Source: Monocercomonoides exilis PA203
Taxonomy: Eukaryota; Protista; Preaxostyla
Direction of reading: 5' to 3'
NCBI GenBank assembly: GCA_001643675.2
Contig: LSRY02000040.1
Coordinates: 744,001 to 808,000, forward strand
DNA: 64,000 nt
Below, piece by piece: positions 51,362 through 64,000 of the stretch. The position numbers and the translations under genes are program-made. Under the pieces are notes generated by a model that was given only the letters and a program-made list of their open reading frames with translations, had not been told where the DNA came from and did not search any database. Numbering within the stretch: position 1 is the stretch's first letter; each line of letters begins with the position of its first letter.

Positions 51362-51618
51362 GGGTGATAATTTTTGAAATCATATTTTTTCGTTCAAAAA
51401 TTTCGGCTCCACAATTTTGTTTAAAAAGATTTGTTGATGAACAAGGAAAAGTGATAATTCTAATAAATAACATCTCTGTCTTTCTATTTCATCAATTTTC
51501 AGCTTTTGAATCGATTTAAAAGTATTTATATTCTAAAGTTAATTATTAGGTGAATGACTATGAATTTACAAAATTATAAACACCATGAAAAAAGTTATGA
51601 TTTCAAAAATTTTCACCC
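51362..51618. mobile_element. 257-bp MITE of the GGGTGAT family
   Basis: GGGTGATAATTTTTGAAATCATA ... TATGATTTCAAAAATTTTCACCC; flanks ATGT / ATAT (3/4 match TSD). Confidence 0.75.
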
Positions 51619-53635
51619 ATATATAAATGGGGAAAATTATGTGGTTGAAAGCTTTTCAATTGAAAAATAATGTTCTTTATATTGACTCTTTGTGTTTTTT
51701 AAAAAAATGCAAACTTAAAGAATTCATTTTTTGAAATTTGTGTGAGGACGCAAAAACATTTTGTCGTAAAATCAATGTAACCTGTTTGCAGATATGAAAA
51801 TCAAAATAACTATAACTCATGACTTTATTAAGCTTTCTCAAATTATAAACGATTGTTTTGAGCTTAGTGCAAAAAATACTTGAAAATATGCATTTCCACC
51901 CATATGTGCAACAAGAGAATTAGAAAATAAAATTTCTGAATTTATGAATTTTGAAAACAGAAAGCAAAGTTTCCGTCTTGTTGCTCAACTTGTTGAGGTT
52001 CTTCGTGAAAAGTCAGTCTATCACAAATGCCTAAAAAATACAATGTTTATTATAACAAAAATTTGAAAAAAAAGGTTTCTGGACAAATTTTTCACTTATT
52101 GCATTTTCACCCTTTCAAAAATTACATTTGTTATCTCTTTTTTGAAAATACTCTCTCTCTCTCTCTCTTTCTCTCTTTTTTTTGAGAATGGTCGACTTAT
52201 AATGATATTATTGCAGAATTAATTTGACCTGGGTGATGTACAGACTTCTGACGTGCATTTTTTGATTTTCGACATACCTAACAAAAGTTTACACGTCCAA
52301 TGAGAATATTGAAATGTTGATTCATTTGTTTATGAAAATTATTATTTTATAAAAAAATTGTTTTTTTCTGTTCAATTATCACAAAAAATTATCTTTGATT
52401 TTTTATCCAAATCAAAATGTCCATTGTGAATTATTGACTGACTAAAAAAACGTGAATCGTAATTTTGACACGTCACTAACTCCACAAGACTCTGATGTCA
52501 GTAAAAGTCATAAACATGAAAAAATCAATAAAAGGCTTTTTGTCACAAACGAAATTAACGAAACAGAAATCAAGAATGTTATATTTTGAAATTTCAATTG
52601 CACATAAAACAATGATTATTGTTTTTTTTTTTTTTTTTTGTTTTTTTGAGTAGCTTTTTTATGAAACAAAAAAACACTATTGAAAACACTTTATTTAATA
52701 AAGAATTCTCTTTATCAAACTTGAACTGAAAAAGGGACAAATTAATTGGTAATTTTTTGATATATTTTCTTTCTTTTCTTGGAGTGATTTGTTAACTTTG
52801 AAAAAAAAGTGATAGTCTTTGATTTGATATTATGTCAAGCAAATGAAATTATTTCTTCAAAAAAAAAATATTTCTCTTTTATTGGATTATTAAAATAAAA
52901 TTGATTATTCTCGTCAAGAACTTTTTTAATCAAGTTGAAATGATGATGAAATATCGTATGCTGTTAAAACCAGTAAACTTTTTTGGTTTGCTTTTATGGA
53001 ATAAGTTTTATTCATTTTGCTGCAATTGTTAGTGAAAAGAAATTTAAGAAATAACAACCTTTATCTGTCATGATTCAAAAGTTTTGGATTCCAGATTCAC
53101 AAATACTCTTTTTTAACCATTCTCAGTCTAATCTTCAAATACACTTGTTCATTTTCACCATCGTGACATCTTTATTATTAAAAAATTCGAAAGATTAAAA
53201 GAAAGTTATTTTTTTTAAGAATTGGATCGAATTGATAAAACGGAAATAAGAAGAAGAGATTAAGGAGAATGAAATGTGTTTATTTCTTAAGAGAAGGATA
53301 TGCAGCTGGAGATAATATATAACAGATAATAAAAATTGAAAAACAGATTCTTTTGCATAGAAGGTTAAAGCTATAACACATTTGAGAAGATTTTCCTGAG
53401 AAAAATCGAAGAAGACAATAATGCAATTAAAGCTTAAAATTTTTGTTTTTTTTTTTTTAAATGAGAAAGAGAGACTTTTAATAAAAAACAAAAGAATAAG
53501 TCTGGAACATATGATTGTTTCTTTAATATGTTTGCAAGAATTTTGTTCAATTTTTGGACAGTCTTCGATCTTCATCCCATACGTTTTCTTCAGATCTCAA
53601 TGCAGCTTTAGACAAGGAGATTGACAAATAGACAC

Positions 53636-56600
53636 ATGACAGAAGAGATAGCAGAAGATTTAAAGGAAGGAGTTGTTATTAAGGAGTTGTTTACATTAAC
53701 GAGAAAGATTGGTCACGGAGCATTTGGAGAGATTTATGAAGCTGTTCTATCTACAAAGAGGGGTCAAATTCCTGTCGCAATTAAGTTTGAACTTAAAACT
53801 GCTGCAAAAAAGGTTTTGAAATTGGAAGCATTTATTTTACAAAAACTTCAAGGTTTGGTTCATATTTGTGTTCAATAAAAAATTTTGATTTAAATGTCTT
53901 CATCAAACAAAGAATATAAACCATTTCCTCGTTTTGTATTTTTTGGAAACTACGGGCAAAGGACTTTTTTGGCAATGGAATTACTTGGGCAGAATCTTGG
54001 GTTTGCTTATGAGTGCATTTTTTTAGCAAATCGTATTTTTTTAGAGAGCTTTTGATTCAGAGGCAAGAACATAAATTTTCCTATGGAACTGTATTAAATT
54101 TAGGATATCAGATGCTCGCGTGCATTTCTTATCTTCATAAAATCAATTGGATCCATCGAGATATAAAGCCTGTTTGAAAAAATATTTGTTTCTTTAATGG
54201 CAATTCAATTTAAATTCAATTTTGAAGAGCAATTTTGTAATAGGAAGGGACGGGCGCAAACAGCACCGCATTTACCTAATCGATTTTGGGCTGGCGAAGC
54301 GCACGCAAACAGACAGTGGTGTTGAGTTCAAGCAGCGTCCGAATGTCGGCTTCCGCGGCACTGCGCGCTATGCCTCGCTGAATGCGCACCGGATGCAGGA
54401 CTTGAACCGCGTGGACGATTTGTGGTCTCTTCTGTATGTCCTCGTCGAGTTCCAGCGAGGGGCGCTGCCCTGGTCGAAGTGCAGGGACAGGAAGGAGATT
54501 GGGGCGAAGAAGGAGGAGTATGCGACTCCGAGGCTGGTTGAAGGGCTGCCGCCAATATTCCAGCAGTTCTATGACTATATTTCTCCGCTGACATTCAACG
54601 ACAAGCCAGACTATGCGTATCTGCTGTCCTTGTTCAAGCAGGCGCTCCTGCAGCACATCGCAGCGACGACTGGAATATCGCATAATCCAGCGAATGTGGT
54701 TGGTTGCTATTCTTCTTCTGCTTCTTCTGCTTCTTCTACCTCCTCCTCCTCATCATCTTCTTCATCATTTTCAACTGCTTCTGCTACCTATTCCTCATCT
54801 GCAGTGAACACGCAAAATACCAAAGCAAAGATAGAGAACGAGGAAGAGGAAGGGGAAGAGGAAGAGGAAGAAGAGAAAAAGGAAGAGAAGAAGATTGAAG
54901 ATGTCAATAAGGATGATCATAGCAAAGGAAAAAGAGGAGAGGAAAAGAGAGAAAAGAAAAAGAAACAAAAAGGAGGGGAAAGAGAAAGAGAAAGAGAAAA
55001 AGCAAAGGAACAAGAAAAGAAAATGAAAAGAGAAGTACAAAAAGAGGACGAAACCAACGAATCCAACAATCATCAACATATTTTAGCTCAAAAAGATTCA
55101 TTGAAACGCTTTCCATTTTCTATCAAACAACCAAATTTTATCCAAAAAACGCAAAAACTTTCTTTTTTGCCTGAAATTCTTGTCAAATCAGACACAAAAA
55201 ACGATTCTTTCATAGGTAAAAGAGAAGAAAATGGTGAGAAAGAGGAGAAAGAGGAGAAAGAGGAAAAAAATAAGAAAGAGGAGAAAGAAAAGAACAAAGA
55301 GAAAAATGAGGAGCAGAATGAGGAAGAGAAAGAAGAGAAAGAAGAGAAAGAAGAGAAAGAAGAGAAAGAAGAGAAAGAAGAGAAAGAGAGAGAGGGAGAG
55401 AAAGGAAAAGAGAACGAAGAAATGCAATCACAACATCAATCACAACTTCAACTTCACCTTTTGCCTCAACATCAACAACAATATAATCGATGTCATCATC
55501 CTCTTCCTTCTTCTTCTTCTTCTTCTTCTTCTTCTTCTTCTTCTTCTTCTTCTTCTTCTTCTTCTTCTTCTTCTTCTTCTTCTTCTTCTTCTTCTTCTTC
55601 TTCTTCTTCTTCTTCTTCTTCTTCTTCTTCTTCTTCTTCTTCTTCTTCTTCTTCTTCTTCTTCTCCTTCTCCTTCTCCTCCTCTTCATCATCATCATTTA
55701 TCTCTAAATGAACATTCAACAAACATTGAAATTCCAAATAAACAAGAAAAAATTGATAATAAACTGAGTATTCTTGTTCCTGCTGTTAAACACTCAACTT
55801 CTGTTGATTCAAACAATACAAGTGTTATACCACCATCATATTCTTCTTCTTCCTCTTCTTCCTCTTCTTCCTCATCTTCTTCTTCTTCTTCTTCCTCCTC
55901 CTCTTCTTCTCGCCCAAATAATCATTTCCTCTCCTCTTCTATTTCATCCTCTTCCTCTTCCTCTTCCTCTTCCTCTTCTTCTTCTTCTTCTTCCCCCTTT
56001 TCTTCAATCACTTCTTCTTCTTCTTCTTCTTCTTCTCATCTCCGCTCTTCCACTTCTGCTCTGATGCTGCAAAGGAAGCAGCATTCACACAAATTGAGAG
56101 CGGAAAACAGAAAATTGCACAGAAAAAGAAAATTGAATGGGAAAAATGTGAAAGAAAAGCCAATTGCTTTGCCTGCTATTCCATCGTTTGAGGAGATTGT
56201 TAAGGGGAGAAAGGAGAAGGAAAAGGAGAAAGAGAAGGAGAAAGAGAAAGGGAAGGAGAAAGAAAAGGATGGAGAGGAGGAGAAGGAAGAGGAAAAGGAA
56301 GAGGAGAAGGAAGAAGGAAAGGAAGATGGATTGAGGAAGGAGAAGAAGATGGAGAAGATAATAGAAGAAGAAGAAGAAGAAGAAGAAGAAGAGGGAGAGG
56401 AAGAGGAAGAAATAAAAGAAGAAAACATCGATGAAGTTATTGAAGAAGAAGAAGAGAAGGAAAATGAGAAGAAGGTTGGAGAAAATGAACATGAAATAGA
56501 AGAAGCAGTTGAATTGAATGAAAGCAGCAGAAGAAAGAAAGGCTATCAAATTTATTCGAATGGAACACAACTTATTCAAATGACAATAAACAATGAAGAA

Positions 56601-59600
56601 GAAGATAAATTTATAGAAAACAATGAAGATGAAGAAAAGCTAAAAATGGATAAAAACCAAATTATTTTTGTTCCTTCTCTTTCTCCTTCATCATCATCAT
56701 CATCTACTTCTTCTTCCTCTTCTATTTCTTCTCCACAAGCATCAAAAAAGACATTACCATTTTCATCATCATCCTCCTCCTCCTCCTCTTCCTCTTCCTC
56801 TTCTCATTCACTTTCTGATAATAACTGTAACAATAATATTCTATTTGATTGTGATGCTTCTTTCCCACTCACTGAAAGATACAGGCGCAAAAGAACGGAT
56901 GATTTCTTCATTCAGATGGAGAACGAAGAAATGGCAATGAAGAAGAATTTTAACAATGAAAATAACAGTATTATTAGCGTTAATAACATAGATAACATGA
57001 ATAATACTAATAATAATACCAGCAATAATTTCATAACTTCGTCTTCATCCGTTTCCGTTTCTTCTTCTTCCTCTTTACCCTTTTCTTCTTCTTCTTCTTC
57101 CTCCTCCTCCTCCTCTTCCTCTTCCACCTTTCCCACTTCTTCAATCACTTCTTCTCCTTCAGTTGTTCCAGACACATGCAGATCATCATTAACTCTCCAT
57201 TTTCCTCTGAAATTTTCATCAAAAATAGAAATAAAACCAAAAACTGAACAAAAAACTGTGCAAAAAACGGAACAAAAAACAAACCAAAAAGTGGTTCAAG
57301 CATCAATTTCTGAAGAAACAAAGAGAAATGGCAGAAGTATTCAGAAAGGAAAACCTCTTCAAACTCCAGAAATTGTTCCATTGAATAAGCCATTCAATGC
57401 AAATGTTGGACAACAAATAGGAAATTTTGGTCAGTTGTCAGTTGTTTTGAGTGGGAAGATGGAGAAAGAGGAAGAGGAAGAGAAAGAGAAAGAGGAGGAG
57501 GAAGAAGAGAATGAAATGTTGAGAGGAAAGGAAGAAAAAGGAGAAAACGAGAAAAGAGAAGGAAGAAGAAAAATTAAGGAAGAGGAAGAGGAAGAAGAAG
57601 AAGTGAAAACAAAACAACAAACACACAATGAACAACCACAAATGAATGAGAAAGAGTTCAGTTTCATTCAACACACTCATTCAAATTCTCTTTCGAAGTT
57701 TGTTTCTCAAAGTCCTTCCAATGATTTACTTGCCTCTTCTTCTTCTTCTCCTCTTCTTCTCCATCCACCTCCAAATAACATTGCTAATTCTTCTTCTCTG
57801 ATGGAGATACCACAAATATTCATTCCTTCTTCATTGCAATCTTCTTCTTCTTCTTCTTCTTCTTTTAATTCTTCTTCCTCCTCTTCCTCTTCCTCTTCCT
57901 CTTCCCCTTCTTATTCTTCTTCCTCTTCCCATTCTTGTTCATCTTCTCCTAATTTCATGATTCGTCCTTATATTTCCTCTTCTTCTCGTTTTTCAACTTC
58001 TTCTTCTTCTTCTTCTTCTTCTTCACCTCCTCCTCCCTCTCTTCTTCATCTTCCTCCTTCTTTTCCTTTTCCTTTGTCTTCATCGTTATCATCAGCTTCT
58101 TCTTCTGTGGCTTCAAATAATAATACAATTAATTCTCTAAATTCTTCCTCTCCTTCCTTTTCATCATCATCATCTTCTTCTTCTTCCTCTTCCTCTTCCT
58201 TTTCTTCCCCCTCTTCTTCCTCTTCTTTCTCTTCCTCTCTTCATCCTCGTCTTCCTTTGTTGTCTTCTTCTTTTTCTTCCTCCTCCTCTTCCTCCTCCTC
58301 TTCCCCCTCTTCTTCTCCTTCTCCTTCTCAATCAATCAACCAAAGAGTTCTTAGACCTCGTCCTTATTCTTCGCAATTATACCCTCCTAATTCTTATTCT
58401 CCTTCTGCTTTGTCCACTTTCTTCTGCAATGCACAACTGTCTGTGATATCTTCTTCTTCCTCTTCTCCATCTCCATCATCTTCATCTTCTTCTTCCTCTT
58501 CCTCCTCTTCCTCTTCCTCTTCCTCTTCCTCCTCTTCCTCCCTTTCCCTCCTCTCTTCCTCCTCTTCTCATCTTCCAGGCAGCACTTTTGCAGAATATGA
58601 CAAGCCAAACACGATTGTTGAATGCGATTCTTCCATCCAAGACACCCTCAACAACTCCATCTTAATTCCTTCCCTTTCTTTTCACTCATTTTCAGATGAA
58701 GGAGGAGGAGGAGAAGAAGGAGAAGGAGGAGAAGGAGAAGGAGAAGAAGCTGAAAATCCATCTTTTCTTGCCATTTCTCAGCATCCTTTGCCTCATCATT
58801 CGTTTTCGCCTTCTCCTTCTTCTCTTTCTCTTTCTCTTTCTCCTCATCATCCTCCTCTTCTTCCTCCTCCATCTTCTCTTCTTCCTCCTCCATCTTCTCT
58901 TCCTCCTTCTCTTCCTCCTTCTCTTCCTCCTCCTCTTTCTCCTTCTCCTTCTCTTTCCTTCAGCTCCCCTGATTCCCTTGTCTCCAGTCGTACTGCTCTT
59001 TCTCTCAGTTCTGATCTTCTTCAGCTCTCTTCCTTGTACCATTCAGACTCCATCAACGATTTCTGCCCTCTTCTGATCAATTCTCACTCTTCGGCTGCTT
59101 TGGAGAATTGTTCTTCTTCTTCTTCTTCTCATCCTTCTTCTTCTTCTTCCTCCTCCTCCTCCTCCTCTTCTTCTTCTCCTTCTTCTTTTCCTAACAAACA
59201 TATTCCAATTTCTTCTTCTTCATCTCCTCCTCCTTTTTCTTCCTCTTCAAATTCATCATCATTATCATCCTCCTCCTCCTCCTCTTCTTCTTCCTCTCTT
59301 TCTCCTCTTTCTCCTCTTTCTCCTCTTCCCTTTGTGAATCTTCTTCCTCTGAGCCATTCTCCTTCTCCTCCTCAGCAAAACACAGTTCTTCCTCGAAAAT
59401 CTTCTTCTTTAATTGAAATGAGCACTTGCTCTTCATTTGGAGAGGAAGAAGAGAAAAAAGAAGAGGAAAAGAAAAGGAAAGAGGAAAAGAAAAAGAAGGA
59501 GAAAGAGAAGGAAGAAAAGGAGGAAACGGAAGAGGAAGGAAAGGAAGAGGAGAAAGAGGAGAAAGAGGGGAAAAAAGGAAAGGAAGAAAAAGAAGAAGAA

Positions 59601-62600
59601 CTTTTTGGATATCAATTTGCAGATGCGAATTTTGATCGAGAAGAAAGAGATTGTGAAAGAAAGATTGAAACAAAAGAAGAAGAAGGAGAAGAAAGAGAAG
59701 AAGAGGGAAAAGAAGAAGAAAGAGAAGAAAGAGGAGAAAGAGAAGGAGAAGAAGAAGAAGAAAGAGAAAGAGAAAGAGAAGAAAGAGAAGAAGAAGCTGA
59801 GAAAATCCAAATTAATACGCAAAACAACAATATTTCGACCAATATCAATGTGAATAAAGAGAAAATTTCATCATCTTCTCATTTGAGTCAAGAAATGAAT
59901 GAGAAAATGAGTGCCATTCAATCACATCCTTCTCAATTGCAATGTTCTCTTTCTCCTTTCTGCTCAGCAGTTGTTTCTTCTTCTTTATCTTCTTTTTCCT
60001 CTTCTTCTCCTTTATCATCATCTTCTTCCTCTTCTTCCTCATCGTTTTCTTCTTCCTCTTCCTCTTCCTCCTCCTCCTCCTCCTCTTCTTCTTCTTTTCC
60101 TTCTCTTCTTTCTTCTTCTCTCTTGCCTCGTCGTCATTCATTCTGTGGCATTTCTTCTTCTCCCATCAGCACAATCACTCACTTCATCCATTTTTCTTCT
60201 TCTCTTTCTTCTCTTTCTTCTTCTTCTTTTCCTTCTCCTTCTCCTTCCTCTTCTTCTCTTTCTTTCTCTTCTTCTTTTCCTTCTTCTTCTTCCTTCTCCT
60301 CTCCTTCATTTTCTTTTCCATTTTTTCCTTTTCTCTTTTCTTCTTCTTCTTCTTCTTCCTCTTCTTCCTCTTCTCTTTCTCAAATCTTAATCCCTTCCCG
60401 TTCATTCTGTTCTTTTTCTTCCTCTTCCTTCCTTTCTTCTCTTTCAAACCTCTTTTCATTTTTCCCTTTCTCTTTCATTCATTCGGGAATGTTAAGTAAT
60501 TCTGACATGTTTCATTCACATTTTGCTAATCTCTCAAAAATTGATGAAATTTCTGTTTCTCCTTCTCTTTCACCTTCGCCTTCTCCTTTGCCTTCGCCTT
60601 CTTCTTCTTCTTCTTCTTCCTCATCAAATTCTTCCTCCTCCTCTTCTTCTTCATTAAATTCTTCCTCTTCCTCCTCTTCTTCCTCTTACTCTTCTTCCTC
60701 ATCAAATTCTTCTTCTTCTTCTTCTTCTTCTTCTCTTCTCCCCCTCATACTCAATGAACAACCTTCCAATCCTCAATACCTTTCCAATAAATCTCTTCAT
60801 ATCAAACAAAATGACATGCAAATGGAGAATTCTTGTTCTGCTCCTCTTTCAAATTCCCTTTCAAACACTTTTTCTTCTTCTTCTTCCTCTTCCTCTTCCT
60901 CTTCCTCTGCTTCCTCTTCAAATCCTTTTCCTTCTTCTTCTTCTTCTTCTTCTTTTATCAATTCTTCCACTTTTCCATTGCGTTCATCTTCATCTTCATC
61001 TTCTTTTCTTGTGAATTCTTCACCTTCTTCTTCTTCTTCGTCATCATCATCATCTTCTTCTTCCTCTTCTTCTTCATTTCATTTTCCTTCTTCATCTTCT
61101 TCTCCATTTCCTTCTTCCTCCTCCTCCTCTTCTTCTTCTTCCTCTCTTTCTTCTCTCTCTCCTTTCAAACAGTTCAATCACAGATTATTTTCTTCTTCTT
61201 CTTCTTCTTCTTCTTCTTCTCTTCTTCTGTCAATAGAAGAAGTCATTAATGCTTTATTTACTTCTCCTCCTGCTCTTCCTTCTTCTTTTTCTTCTTCCTT
61301 TTCTTTTTCTAAATCTTCAAAATCTTCTTTCCCACTTTCTTTTTCTCTTCTTCCTTATCTTCCTCTTTCATTTCGTTTTCCTCCTTCTTTTCCAAATTCT
61401 TCTTCTTATCCCTCCTCCTCCTCCTCCTCCTCCTCCTCCTCCTCCTCTTCTTCTTCTTCTTCATTTTCCACTTCTTTTTCTCCGTTTTTCAATGAAAACA
61501 AGCCAATTTCATTGAAGCTTCAGCAAATCGACAAACAGAACGGAATGAAAATCGAACTGAAGAATTATGAGCCAAAATATGAAGAGAAAAACATTAATTT
61601 TGAGAATTTGAAGAAAAAGAAGGAAAAAATGATGAAGAAGAAGGAAAAAAAGGAAAAAAAGGAAAAAATGGAAAAGAAAGAGAAGGAGAAGAAGAATTGT
61701 TTGAAAGAAATTTTGGAAGAAAAGGAAAAGAATGAGGAAATAAATAGAGAAAGAGATTTTAAAGAAGAAGAAGAAGAAAAAGGAGAAGAAGGAGAAAGAG
61801 AAGGAGAAGGAGAAGAAGATAAAGATGATGGCAAAGATGAAAAAGAAGAAGGAGAAAGAGAAGAAGAATGTTACATTGAAAATAACAAAGATAATTCAAA
61901 TTGTTTGAGCAATCTCAATCAAACCTTCTTCAAACAGAACAATGAAAAGAAGAATGTATTAGAAAAGAATGAAAAGAATAACATCCATTTGTATTCTTCT
62001 TCTTCTTCTTCTCCTTCTCCTTCTCCTTCTCCTTCTCCTTATCCACTTCTTTCTCTTTCTCCTTCTCTTTCTTTTTCTTCTCCATCTTCTTCCTCAAATT
62101 CATTATCATTAAATTCTTCCTCCTCCTCAAATTCTTCTTCTTCTCCTCCTCTTTCTCTTTATCCTTCTTCTTCCTCATCAAATTCATCATCATCAATTTT
62201 TTCTTGTTCTTTTTCTTCTTCTTCTTCATTATATCCTTCTTCTTCTTTTTCTTCTCATATATCTTCCCATCCATTTCATCATCTTTCTCATTCAACACAC
62301 AATTCAATCGTTGCATCAACAGCTGCCTTTCCTTTGGTTGATAGCTTTGGCAATGGATGTGTTGGAGAAGAAGAAGAAGAAAGAGAAGGAGAAGAAAAAG
62401 AAAGAAAAGGAGAAGGAGAAGGAGAAGGAGAAAGAGAAAGAGAAGAAGAAGAAGAAAGAGAAAGAGAAAGCGAAAGCGAAGAAGTTCATGAAGACATGAA
62501 TGAAGAAGATGAAGAGAGAAATCGCGATAATCGCACAAATATCAGAAACAAAAGCCAAATTCATCAAATTCATCAAAACAGAACTGAAAAGAAAGGAAAA

Positions 62601-64000
62601 GACAAAGAAGAGCAGAAATATGTGATTGTATCTGTATCTCCCTCTCAATCACCTCAGATTTCAGTGTTGCCTTCTTCTTCTTCTTCTTCTACCTCCTCCT
62701 ACTCCTTATCTTCCTCTTCTCCACTTTCATCATCATCCTCCTCCTCTTCTTCTTCCCTTTCTTCTCCTTCATCATCATCATTATCTTCTTCTTCTTCTTC
62801 TTCTTCTCTTCCCTTTCCTTCTCCTTCTTCTTCTTCTCCTTCTTCTCCTTCTCCATCATCCAACCGACCGATTCTTTCTGATTCTCAACCAGATCTTTCT
62901 CTTTCTCTTTCTCCAATCACTTTCTTCTTCTCTTCCTATTCTTCCCTCAAAAATATTCCTCCTCTCCTCACTTCAAAATCCTTTGCGTTGTCTATTCCTT
63001 CAATGAAACATCAAATAAATGTGAATTTGGCTTCGAATTCTTCTTCTTCTTCTTCTTCTTCTTCTTCTTCTTCTTCAAGTTCTCATTCTTCAATGTCTCC
63101 CTATCCTTCTCCTTCTCCTCTTTTTCCTCCTCCTCCTTCCATTTCCAATCTTCAACAAACAAACACAAATGACATTGCAGAAACAATAAATAAATCAAAA
63201 GAATCACCAAAAAATGACATATTTGAATCAAAAACAGATTTAATTGCTGAAAGAAACGAAAAGAGAAACGAAAAGAGAAACGAAAAGGGAAACGAAAAGA
63301 GAAAAGAAGAGGGAAAAGAAGAGGGAAAAGAAGAGAATTCTCTTGAAGGAAAAGAGAAAGATAACAAAAACAAAGAAAAAAAAGAAAGTTTCAATGATTT
63401 TAATGAAAAACATCAAAAACATGAAAATGAAAATGAAAAAGAGAAAGAAAAAGAAAAAGAAAAAGAAAAACAAGATTTGAAAATGAATGAAGATTCTGTT
63501 TCTATTCGCAAAACAGAAAGAAATGAAATTTCTGATAAAAAAGAAATTGAAGAAGCAAATGGGAGAATGGAGCAAATGATTGAAAATGCTAATGATCTCT
63601 TGTTACAGCTTAAGGATTCTTCAACTTCCTCCTCATCCTCCTCATCCTCTTCTTCCTCATCCTCCTCATCCTCTTCTTCCTCATCCTCCTCATCCTCTTC
63701 TTCCTCATCCTCCTCCTCTTCTTCTTCTTCACTTCACCCCTTTCCTTCTTCTTCTCCTTCTCCTTCTTCATCTTCATCTTCCTCTTCCTCTTCATCTTCC
63801 TCTCCTTCTCTCTCACATTCACATTCACCTTTACAATCTCAACCACAATCATCATCATTACAATCATCATCACAATCTTCATTTCAATCCCAATTACAAA
63901 CAGACAAGCCAAAAGCCTTTCTTAATTTGTCGATTGAGTCTTTTCTGCTGGCTCCTCCGCATCTTCAGCCTCTTCTCATCAGACAGGCACTTGCCGAGCT
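53636..64000 (+). CDS. TTBK: Tau-tubulin-kinase-like CK1-family Ser/Thr kinase with a >3000-aa Ser/Glu low-complexity tail; 3' end beyond the window
   Basis: Exons 53636-53852, 53913-54000, 54045-54171, 54228->64000. Motifs IGHGAFGEIY, VAIKFE, KVLKLE, MELLGQNL, IHRDIKPSNF, IDFGLA, VGFRGTARYASLNAH, DDLWSLLY, LPW. The ORF track lists no closed ORF in this frame after 54228, and the frame is still open at 64000 (...PLLIRQALAE). Confidence 0.9.
55506..55662. repeat. (TCT)~52 trinucleotide repeat encoding poly-Ser in the kinase tail
   Basis: Perfect CTT/TCT run in frame with the kinase ORF. Confidence 0.95.

Noticed and set aside
54613-63912. Dozens of poly-L/F/K/R ORFs on both strands
   Set aside because: Alternative-frame and antisense shadows of the single low-complexity kinase exon; the same applies to those in 10635-14307 and 16055-16660.

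Overview
AT-rich eukaryotic genomic DNA with short GT-AG introns, the standard genetic code and long Ser/Glu low-complexity ORFs. The gene families and style resemble the oxymonad Monocercomonoides; this is inferred, not searched. Apparently intact host genes: a REI1/ZNF622 pre-60S factor (-), a 1497-aa low-complexity protein (+), a tau-tubulin-kinase-like CK1-family kinase whose last visible exon stays open for about 9.8 kb and runs off the window (+), and two members of a lineage-specific 3-exon family, plus a third, pseudogenised member. The three family copies are mosaics of one another. Most of the remainder is nested mobile DNA: (1) a 4.3-kb hAT-like element with an 8-bp TSD carrying gene fragments; (2) a Tc1/mariner-type palindromic MITE; (3) a decayed virus/plasmid-type prim-pol + SF3 helicase gene, co-oriented with a small basic ORF and a DD35D pogo-type transposase; (4) a family of GGG...CCC elements with 4-bp TSDs, comprising four ~250-bp MITEs and one 5.07-kb cargo-carrying copy; (5) a structurally complete but decayed DIRS1-type tyrosine-recombinase retrotransposon with inverted termini and an internal complementary region; (6) two related ~1-kb foldback elements. 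The best candidate for a new system is the transposase + small ORF + primase-helicase cassette at 18.9-24.1 kb. All alignments and translations were done by eye; no database searches were run.
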